Below, one piece after another: positions 56,657-64,000 of a stretch of 64,000 nt of DNA. Numbering within the stretch: the first letter of the stretch is position 1; every line of letters begins with the position of its first letter. Position numbers and translations under genes: made by a program. The stretch is from a virus. The notes under the pieces were generated by a model, which was given only the letters and a program-made list of their open reading frames with translations, made no database searches and was not told the DNA's origin. Location: positions 9,533 to 73,532 of IMG/VR virus record IMGVR_UViG_3300006735_000026; one strand, written 5' to 3'.

Positions 56657-57753
56657 TGAAGCAAGACATATACAGCACTGCTGTAATCTCTTCTGTTTGT
56701 ATTATTACCGTCTCTAGCACCATCTGCAAATCTATCCATAAAGCATCTTCTAGAGTCATCATAACCATACTGGGTTTGAACATCTTCATCCTGTCCAGAT
56801 GTAGATCTATGTGAGTCTGTACTAAATTTAGCATCCTGTGCATTATGTAAGTAGAAACTACCTGAACTAGTAAATGCACCTTCACTAATACTAGTATTAG
56901 CGTCAGACATTTGCATGAATGTATAATCAGGATTTGCCCATCTACCTCTACCATCCCAAGTTCCTTGGGTACTAAATCCTTCTCTACGAACTCTATCCAT
57001 TCCAGAACTTCTACCATTAGTCCAGAATCTCTTCCATTGTCTATCATTTGGCACACCATGCCAAAAATCTAGATTTCTATTATTTGACCAATCACTGATA
57101 TTGTCAACTCCAATATGACGAACAAATGACGGATAATAATCACCAAAGTCAGCAGAAAATTCAGTACCAGTGCTGTTCTGAACTGTTAATCCTCTAGTTG
57201 TAGATACAGTGTTTGCAACAGTATCTGATGCATCACCACCAAACTTACCAACAACCATCCAACCTGCACCCTTATCAAAGATGCAATAAATTTGTTGAAC
57301 ACCACCATTAGGAGTGTCAATATAATATAAACCATCAGTTGGTGCTGTTGGTGATGTCTCTAATATTTCTTGTGCATCAGTAGCAGGATTTGATTGTGTT
57401 CCTTTAGCACCACTACCAGCACCAGCGCCACCTACTGCATTCCAACCATTTGAGAGATATACTTCAAACTTATCTTCTTCTGTATTATATCCATAACTTC
57501 CAATAGAACCACTTGAAGGTTGTGTGGCATTAGTCCATGTTGGAGTGCTAGAACTACCAACAGAAATCCATGCAGAACCTGATTTAAGATTTAATGCACC
57601 CTGTGTATTATTCCAAATTAATACACCATCTGCAGCAGAATTAGGTCGCGTACCCTGATCATATGAAGGTAACTGCAATTGACCTGTTGTTGCTACATAC
57701 CCAGACGCAACAACTCTTCCAGCAGTTATAGAACCAACAGTTAATTGTGACAT
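56653..57753 (-). CDS. Short fibre/adhesin with fibrinogen-like domain start (366 aa)
   Basis: Shared module twice, then NPATDAQEI...DGLYYI...QIYC.FD..AGWMVV. Confidence 0.75.
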   Translation of the reverse strand: MSQLTVGSITAGRVVASGYVATTGQLQLPSYDQGTRPNSAADGVLIWNNTQGALNLKSGSAWISVGSSSTPTWTNATQPSSGSIGSYGYNTEEDKFEVYLSNGWNAVGGAGAGSGAKGTQSNPATDAQEILETSPTAPTDGLYYIDTPNGGVQQIYCIFDKGAGWMVVGKFGGDASDTVANTVSTTRGLTVQNSTGTEFSADFGDYYPSFVRHIGVDNISDWSNNRNLDFWHGVPNDRQWKRFWTNGRSSGMDRVRREGFSTQGTWDGRGRWANPDYTFMQMSDANTSISEGAFTSSGSFYLHNAQDAKFSTDSHRSTSGQDEDVQTQYGYDDSRRCFMDRFADGARDGNNTNRRDYSSAVYVLLH

Positions 57754-57775
57754 AGTTCGATATTACCTTATACTG

Positions 57776-57782
57776 TATTTAG
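57776..57782 (-). promoter_or_regulatory. Late promoter (CTAAATA)
   Basis: Intergenic, 23 bp before the next ATG. Confidence 0.65.
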
Positions 57783-57785
57783 CAT

Positions 57786-58877
57786 TTAACCGTTGAATCC
57801 AAGCAAATATACGGTCTCACTACTTTGAGGAGAACTAGTAGCAATACCAGGTCCAGTCTGTCTAGAACTACCCATTCTCTGACTTGAAGAACTTGAGTGG
57901 AAATCAGCACCCCAATAACTCCAGAATGTTTGTGAGGGGTTAGATCCTCTCCAAGAGTCCATTTTACCACTACCTAAGTTTCCATAATAGGCACATAATG
58001 ATTGCGTATCATCATCAGATTCGGTATTGATACCCCAAACTGCAAATCTGTCAGGTTGTTGACTACTATTTGTTTGCCAAGTACCACCAGAAGCACTTAA
58101 AGTTCCACTATAACCACCACTATTACCAGTCAATGTATTAACAGCAGGAGTCGTATATCCCGAAGCATTACTATTATGGACGTTGTTCGATGCACAGATA
58201 TCATCAATTGCAAGTAAGACGTTATGAGTTGTATTATTCATTGTCTCAACTAAATCATAAACAAGATACTTAGAGTGCGTGTTTGGATCTGTTAAATCAC
58301 CGTTTCCAGAAACAAGAGCAACCTTAGTTATACCCTCCATAGTGAAATAACCATCATATAATCCTTCACCATCTCCAAAATTAGTTCTACCACTTGCACC
58401 AGTGCTGCTAGAAGAAATACTTCTCCAAGTACCACTACCAGGATCACCTAAGGAACTAGCAGAACGATCCTTTGCTCCTTGCGTCATCATGAGAATCTGC
58501 CAAGTAGCAGGATTATATGCGGTTCCTAATAGTTGCCACTCTGGAGTACCAGCATCATTAACATTATAAACTTCTAATTGTTGAGTCTCTATATTATATC
58601 CAAACTGCCCAACTTGTAAATTTGATGATGGTCTCCCTGCAACATTTGCCCATGTAGCAGTTGCTGTATCACCACCACCTAATTCATTCCATTGACCACC
58701 ACTCCAAATTTGAATCTTACTATCAGTAGTGTTCCAAATCATAGTTCCATTAGGAACACTACTAGGTCTCTGTGCCGTAGCATAAGATGGCAATCTAAAA
58801 CCTTCAGTTGAAGAAAACGTATTGATTGATTGTAAAGTCCCTGAAGAAGTTACGTTAGTTACATTTAACCTTGGCAT
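57786..58877 (-). CDS. Short fibre/adhesin, unknown C-terminal domain (363 aa)
   Basis: FRLPSYATAQRP...GTMIWNTT module twice. Confidence 0.75.
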   Translation of the reverse strand: MPRLNVTNVTSSGTLQSINTFSSTEGFRLPSYATAQRPSSVPNGTMIWNTTDSKIQIWSGGQWNELGGGDTATATWANVAGRPSSNLQVGQFGYNIETQQLEVYNVNDAGTPEWQLLGTAYNPATWQILMMTQGAKDRSASSLGDPGSGTWRSISSSSTGASGRTNFGDGEGLYDGYFTMEGITKVALVSGNGDLTDPNTHSKYLVYDLVETMNNTTHNVLLAIDDICASNNVHNSNASGYTTPAVNTLTGNSGGYSGTLSASGGTWQTNSSQQPDRFAVWGINTESDDDTQSLCAYYGNLGSGKMDSWRGSNPSQTFWSYWGADFHSSSSSQRMGSSRQTGPGIATSSPQSSETVYLLGFNG

Positions 58878-58904
58878 TTCAACTCAGTATCAGTATGCTT
58901 TTAG

Positions 58905-58911
58905 TATTTAT
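58905..58911 (-). promoter_or_regulatory. Late promoter (ATAAATA)
   Basis: At the upstream stop, 28 bp before the next ATG. Confidence 0.65.
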
Positions 58912-60098
58912 CACTTCACCCACCACCACAGTGGCACCGTGGTAATTGCACCATTGTTTCCTGCATCTTGTGTAGCAGAGTTAGCAGCACCACCCCAATT
59001 AACGTTGTCATCATTACCAATCTTCACCGAAATATTACCATCAATATCTTGTCCTGTGCAATCAGTGTTGGCACCCTGTTGAGGTATTGCAAATGTTCCA
59101 TCAACATCAGCACCAGATCTAGATGCGTAAGTTGCACTTCTACCAATACGGAACCATTCAAACTGTTGACTAGGATTACTTATTGCAAACCAAACATCAA
59201 AGAATCCATTTGTTGGTGCTTGATTACCACCAACTAATCCATAACTATAATCGGCAGTATCAGTTCTACTATTAGTATAACCATAGTCACTGAAATTATT
59301 ATATTTGTGATTAGGATTATTGTAAGAATATTTGAGATTGTAACTACTATCAAATTTTCTCATCGAACATCTTTGAACATTGGGATTAGTACCATTAGAC
59401 AGATAATATCTCACATTACCTGCTGCTGGTGCCCACATTTCTTTGTAAGTAATAGGATTATTCCATCGATAATACCAATCTGCTGATGCTTGAGCACCTA
59501 ATGTAGTTTCAATATTATTATTTGATGTCACTCTAAACTCAGTGATTGGCATATCAGCAAAGTTGCATGATGGTTGATAATCTTGTGCTCCGCTTGGCAA
59601 AATAGTGGCATCAGTTGTAATAATATTTTGCCCATCACCACCCCATCTATATCCTTCCGTGAATGATGCGACTAACATCCATCCACTATTACCATCCTGA
59701 TCTTGAGTATCAAAGTCACAAAAAACTTGTTTTAATCCACCAGAAGTATTAATCCATCTTAAAGATTTTCCACTGGTAACAATACCATCATCGAATAATT
59801 GTCTTGCTGAACTTGCAGCAGTTTCTTGAGTTGTTCCATCATTCGATGCACCCTTTGGCATATCTACCCAAGCAGTGCCATCATAATACTCAGCATTACC
59901 AGTTGTAGTATTATATCGTATCATCCCTGCTGTAGGTGATGCTGGACGTTCTGCAGTTGTTCCTCTAGGTAGAGTAAATTGTGCTCCAGGTGTAAACTCT
60001 AAAGAACCACTTACGTTTAGATGAGCACCCGCAGGCATATCAATCGTAAAGTCTTTCCAGTCTGGACCGTGTAGATTGTCAGTGTTAAGTGTGCTCAT
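58911..60098 (-). CDS. Short fibre/adhesin with fibrinogen-like domain start (395 aa)
   Basis: FTLPRGTTAERPASPTAGMIRYNT module, then AASSARQL...WIN...QVFCDFD....GWMLV. Confidence 0.75.
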   Translation of the reverse strand: MSTLNTDNLHGPDWKDFTIDMPAGAHLNVSGSLEFTPGAQFTLPRGTTAERPASPTAGMIRYNTTTGNAEYYDGTAWVDMPKGASNDGTTQETAASSARQLFDDGIVTSGKSLRWINTSGGLKQVFCDFDTQDQDGNSGWMLVASFTEGYRWGGDGQNIITTDATILPSGAQDYQPSCNFADMPITEFRVTSNNNIETTLGAQASADWYYRWNNPITYKEMWAPAAGNVRYYLSNGTNPNVQRCSMRKFDSSYNLKYSYNNPNHKYNNFSDYGYTNSRTDTADYSYGLVGGNQAPTNGFFDVWFAISNPSQQFEWFRIGRSATYASRSGADVDGTFAIPQQGANTDCTGQDIDGNISVKIGNDDNVNWGGAANSATQDAGNNGAITTVPLWWWVK

Positions 60099-61477
60099 TA
60101 GTTTTTCTTCATTAAACCCCAGTTCATGACCAGCATATAACCATTGGATGCACCAAAGTTATTACCGTATAATCTCCAGTATCTATATTTAATACCTCTA
60201 GTAACAATAGGATGCCATTTATCTGAATTGTTAACTGTATTTGAATAAACGTGACTACCTTGATTATAAATCAGATAACCATCATTAGTTCCAGTTCCAT
60301 TGTGATATCTCCACTCTGCAACATCGGTCCAGTTACTGTTATCGTTTGATCCTTGTACCCAGTTTCTATTAGACCAGTGATTGTCACCAGGATAACCAAT
60401 AACCCAGGTATAATCGAACGAAGTTTCATTACCAGCACCCAAATCTACAGAGATCCAGTTAGTGCCACCTTGCTGTTGGATGCCATATGTGGGCCAATCA
60501 CTTGTCGTATTTCTATCAACAGCGTCAGCAACATTTCTTGGATTACTACTACCCTGACCAGAACTTGTATTGTTAGACCAACTAAAAGAAGTAGCGTCTC
60601 CTAAAGGACCAGATGGTGTGAGATAGTTTGTATAATCACCTGCTTCAATCGTTAGAGGTGTGTTATCTAAGTATATAAAAAGTCTTTCACCAGTATTACC
60701 ACCGCCACTACCTGAGTGCGGTTCAGTTTTATTAAGGATGCCACCATAGTTACCAGTGGAGTCAATCTGACCCCAATACATGCCACTGCTCCATACAGTA
60801 CCATTATTACCTAAAGTAACAATGTCATGAGATTCACCACCACCATTATTATGTTGGAAGTTCATTGTTTCTCCAACTTTACCAGAAGATCCTGCAACAG
60901 GTGTTACTGAGTAAGTTGCGTTGGTGCTTGCTGCCCAGTTAGCATAATTATTCAGCAGAGATCCTAACCAAGTGTCAATATTTGATGCGTTTCTATCAAA
61001 TCTCCAACGAACATATGGTCTCTGATCACTCGTAAATACGACTGCGTTCCAATCAGTATTTGCAATAACATCATCATATGCAACAGCAGTTACACTATTA
61101 TCAGATACCCTTACATTACCAAGTGCTTTATATGTTGGACTTCTAGCATCACCAGTTGCATCAAAAACATATACTAGACGTTCATCAGGCAGTGTAGAAT
61201 CACCACCTCCACCAGTTGGTTGTCCTGTTTCTTCATAGGATCCCCATGCACCATTTCTATAAAGTTCAATCTTATTTGTATCAGTATTAAATCTAAAAAA
61301 TCCTGTAGAAGGACTACCAGGTCTCTGTGCAGTAGTACCAGTTGGTAGTTGAAATGCACCTGTATTTGCAGCAAGATCCAACACACCATTAACTCTAAAG
61401 GTATGACCGCCAGGGATCGTAACCTGCTCTAGAGTTGCTGAGATTCCTTTTAGTGTTGCAGTGGTAACTCGACTCAT
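60098..61477 (-). CDS. Short fibre/adhesin with C-terminal discoidin (F5/8 type C)-like domain (459 aa)
   Basis: FQLPTGTTAQRPGSPSTGFFRFNT module; WISVDLG...WVQGSNDNSNWTDV...YRYWRL. Confidence 0.75.
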   Translation of the reverse strand: MSRVTTATLKGISATLEQVTIPGGHTFRVNGVLDLAANTGAFQLPTGTTAQRPGSPSTGFFRFNTDTNKIELYRNGAWGSYEETGQPTGGGGDSTLPDERLVYVFDATGDARSPTYKALGNVRVSDNSVTAVAYDDVIANTDWNAVVFTSDQRPYVRWRFDRNASNIDTWLGSLLNNYANWAASTNATYSVTPVAGSSGKVGETMNFQHNNGGGESHDIVTLGNNGTVWSSGMYWGQIDSTGNYGGILNKTEPHSGSGGGNTGERLFIYLDNTPLTIEAGDYTNYLTPSGPLGDATSFSWSNNTSSGQGSSNPRNVADAVDRNTTSDWPTYGIQQQGGTNWISVDLGAGNETSFDYTWVIGYPGDNHWSNRNWVQGSNDNSNWTDVAEWRYHNGTGTNDGYLIYNQGSHVYSNTVNNSDKWHPIVTRGIKYRYWRLYGNNFGASNGYMLVMNWGLMKKN

Positions 61478-61499
61478 TTTGTGAGGTGCTTATAGTTTA

Positions 61500-61506
61500 T
61501 ATTTAG
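61500..61506 (-). promoter_or_regulatory. Late promoter (CTAAATA)
   Basis: Overlaps the upstream stop, 23 bp before the next ATG. Confidence 0.65.
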
Positions 61507-61736
61507 ATAGAGAACCAAGTAGTACCTGTCCAGATCTCCAACTTGCTAATAGTTGTATTGTATCTAATACTTCCAGGATAAGCATCAGCAGGTCTCTGTG
61601 CAGTAGATCCACTGGGAAGAGGAATGTGTTGTTGTTGGTTAACTCTTAGATCACTTGCTAATCTTAATCTACTACCAGCATCTAAATCTACTGTAAAATT
61701 GGGTGAGTTTCCTTGTATTGATCCAACATTTAACAT
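61503..61736 (-). CDS. Minimal fibre-module protein (77 aa)
   Basis: MLNVGSIQG...IPLPSGSTAQRP...GSIRYNTT..KLEIWTGTTW; TGATG coupling at 61736. Confidence 0.75.
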   Translation of the reverse strand: MLNVGSIQGNSPNFTVDLDAGSRLRLASDLRVNQQQHIPLPSGSTAQRPADAYPGSIRYNTTISKLEIWTGTTWFSI

Positions 61737-62152
61737 CAAACTACACTCCAAGAACCACCACTTTCAACAGTGACAGTATAACCGTTACCAATAGTAATAG
61801 GACCAGAACTCATACCATTAGCAAATTCATCACCAGCGGTAGGACCAACTGTAATATTTTCTGCGATAGTATTTGGATTTGTTCTGATAATACTATCCGT
61901 GCCTAATGCAGGACCACCACCAGAAACTGCCGACCATCCTGCACTACCAGTTCCATCATCTGCCTTATAGATTTCAGCAGCGTCAGTATCAGTATTAAAA
62001 CGAATTGTACCAGGCGATACACCTGTAGGTCTCTGTGCTTGAGTACCTACAGGTAACCTTAAAACACTATTTGTATTAAGGAAACTTAAAGTGGTTAAGA
62101 TTGCTTCTGTTGCTGTGGAAATTTGATTTCCACTAATTCTTGAAATTGCCAT
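61736..62152 (-). CDS. Fibre-associated protein (138 aa)
   Basis: LRLPVGTQAQRP...GTIRFNTD module; C-terminal NGMSSGPITIGNGYTVTVESGGSWSVV. Confidence 0.78.
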   Translation of the reverse strand: MAISRISGNQISTATEAILTTLSFLNTNSVLRLPVGTQAQRPTGVSPGTIRFNTDTDAAEIYKADDGTGSAGWSAVSGGGPALGTDSIIRTNPNTIAENITVGPTAGDEFANGMSSGPITIGNGYTVTVESGGSWSVV

Positions 62153-62174
62153 ATGCTTGCAGTGTCCTCCGTAT

Positions 62175-62181
62175 TATTTAG
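62175..62181 (-). promoter_or_regulatory. Late promoter (CTAAATA)
   Basis: Overlaps the upstream stop; GGAGG SD follows. Confidence 0.65.
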
Positions 62182-64000
62182 ATAGGCAGTTCAAGAATAT
62201 GAACTGTATCAGTTGATAAAGGTGCATCACCAGACGCAAATACAATATTTGCACCACTACCATCCATGGTGTAATTAGTACCTGCAATCTGTGCGACACC
62301 ATTCAAGAATACCAACACAGAATCATCTGTATGTTGAATACCACCAGCGTATGTAGTTACAGCAAATGTCAGTGTTGAACCATCACCAGTGTATGTTCTA
62401 GTAATATACTTATCAGAACCAACGCCACCTCTACCAGTAACAACTAAGTCACCATCAACTCTTACACCACCATCTACGTTAACCCTGTAAGAATTATTAG
62501 GAGCAGTGCCAATACCGATAATTGTGCTGTTGTTGTAAGAACTAATATTAATGTCACCAGTATCCGTGAGACCAAACTCCTTCCACGCTCCATTGTAGTA
62601 TATCCAACCAAGCGACTTGCCAGGTGTCCAGTTGATGTTATAAACAAGATCACCATCAGCAGGGGTATCGTATCCTGTGATATTAGCAAAACTGGGGAGT
62701 CCATTTGCATCTTCAGGTGCTAGTAAGGTTTGTTTAATTACCGTACCATCCTGGTTGTAATAGGAGATCTTTCTTGCTTGAATATTACTTGTGAATGTAG
62801 TCAGACCTTGGAAAGTAACGGGACCAGCGAAAATAGATTCCAACTGGTTAGATGCACCACCGATAACGGTGAGTTTATCAGTAAGAACCAACTCAGAGAA
62901 TGTTTCAATGGTTGTATTTTCTTCACCAATAACGTTAAGTTGTGCAATATCTTCGTTTGTAATCTGTCCAGTAACAGGGTTAATAACCTGGTTACCAATA
63001 AACAGGTCACCATTAGAGTTCAGACCAGAATAGAATGAAACTCCACCTTCTTCCTTGATAGATTGTGAGAATCTAACCTGCTCAGGAGTTAATGTTTCTA
63101 CCTGAGTCTGAGGGAATGCAGTCGAGTAGTTACCAGGACCGAAACCAAGATATTCAAACGTATGGTTACCAGATCTCAGGATTGAGTGCCTTCTAAACTC
63201 AACGTTGATAGGTGCAACTGTGCCATCAGTGTTTTGTCTAATGTTAATCTTTCTTGTTTCTTCATCACCAGAACGTGCAGTCAGTTCAATATTAGAAAGT
63301 CTCTGATTAACAGAATCATAGTTAGGTGTAGTACCTGGTTGTGTCCAACCAGTGTCAGTTAATAAGAACTCAATACCTTCCTTAGTGATAGATCTCTTAG
63401 GATCTTTTGCTGGTGTAGGTGATGCACCATCGGTAGCATTTACAAGACCGATAGTTTCATTGTCAGCGACGGATACCGCAGCAATAGGGTCAGCAACAGG
63501 GTTGTCTCTGTCAAACGTAGGATAGACTTCGTTGACGTTTTGAGAGAACTTCCTGTCGTTGAAGTTAGAAGTGCTAGGTGTAATAGATGCACAAAGCAGG
63601 GTAAGGTAGTAGATTCCATCGGCAACACCTCTTTCAAATTTCTGAACAATTTCAATATCATAGATGTAGAAACATCTTTGAAGATTGTATGATGTTGTAT
63701 CACTATTCAGAGGTTGTAATACGAAACCACTGATAGGATCTCTAGGCAGAGGATTAGTCTTATCCTTGTCAATTACATAACGAACACGATATGTTCTGTC
63801 TTGTAAGTCACGAGGGTCAGGAATTCTCTTAAGGAATGTAGTAGGGGTGAAGTTAACAGTATTGTATTGTGTATTAGTAGATAGTGATGTATAGATTGCG
63901 TTATCGGTAGAATCTACAGAGAGATACCAACCACCAACAGAACCAGCAACACCATTGATTGTGTAGGTTGCACTATCAAATTGAATAGGAGATCCAGTTG
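62178..64000 (-). CDS. Large tail fibre/virion structural protein, C-terminal ~606 aa (start outside window)
   Basis: Frame is open from 63998 to the stop at 62178; the track's 62891 start is only the first TTG. RRHSILRSGNHTFEYLGFGPGNYSTAFPQ...SGLNSNGDLFIGN motif of large cyanophage fibres. Confidence 0.8.
   Translation of the reverse strand, partial: TGSPIQFDSATYTINGVAGSVGGWYLSVDSTDNAIYTSLSTNTQYNTVNFTPTTFLKRIPDPRDLQDRTYRVRYVIDKDKTNPLPRDPISGFVLQPLNSDTTSYNLQRCFYIYDIEIVQKFERGVADGIYYLTLLCASITPSTSNFNDRKFSQNVNEVYPTFDRDNPVADPIAAVSVADNETIGLVNATDGASPTPAKDPKRSITKEGIEFLLTDTGWTQPGTTPNYDSVNQRLSNIELTARSGDEETRKINIRQNTDGTVAPINVEFRRHSILRSGNHTFEYLGFGPGNYSTAFPQTQVETLTPEQVRFSQSIKEEGGVSFYSGLNSNGDLFIGNQVINPVTGQITNEDIAQLNVIGEENTTIETFSELVLTDKLTVIGGASNQLESIFAGPVTFQGLTTFTSNIQARKISYYNQDGTVIKQTLLAPEDANGLPSFANITGYDTPADGDLVYNINWTPGKSLGWIYYNGAWKEFGLTDTGDINISSYNNSTIIGIGTAPNNSYRVNVDGGVRVDGDLVVTGRGGVGSDKYITRTYTGDGSTLTFAVTTYAGGIQHTDDSVLVFLNGVAQIAGTNYTMDGSGANIVFASGDAPLSTDTVHILELPI

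Noticed and set aside
61730-61751. Programmed -1 frameshift fusing the 138-aa and 77-aa fibre-module ORFs
   Set aside because: The frames overlap openly but there is no X XXY YYZ slippery site; simple TGATG coupling suffices

Overview
Fragment of a T4-like cyanomyovirus genome (Kyanoviridae-like, probably a marine Synechococcus phage). Essentially all real genes are on the minus strand. Three blocks are present. (1) 1-44.4 kb is a late structural block: tail fibre, VrlC/DUF4815-like protein, gp8, a YHYH/cupredoxin-like protein, a gp9/10-like protein, a giant 6181-aa gp7, gp6, gp25 and a PAAR spike, with T4-type late promoters. (2) 44.4-55.4 kb is an early/accessory block of about 30 small genes, punctuated by eight sigma70-like promoters that each carry an upstream 22-bp dyad (consensus GTGNCAST-N6-ACTGTCAC). 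It also holds a non-coding cluster of cyanobacterial-type DnaA boxes and a four-gene operon (SF2 helicase, type II restriction-like nuclease, beta-class DNA methyltransferase, ParB/Srx-like protein). (3) 55.4-64 kb is an array of seven paralogous short fibre/adhesin genes with a shared module and variable C-termini, plus the 3' end of a large fibre gene. The best candidates for something new are the RM-like/ParB operon, the DnaA-box cluster, the two-phase dyad promoter/terminator cassettes and complete type-1 copper ligand sets in two baseplate-region proteins. No tRNA, CRISPR array, transposase or photosynthesis AMG was seen. Family assignments are from motif recognition by eye, not database searches.
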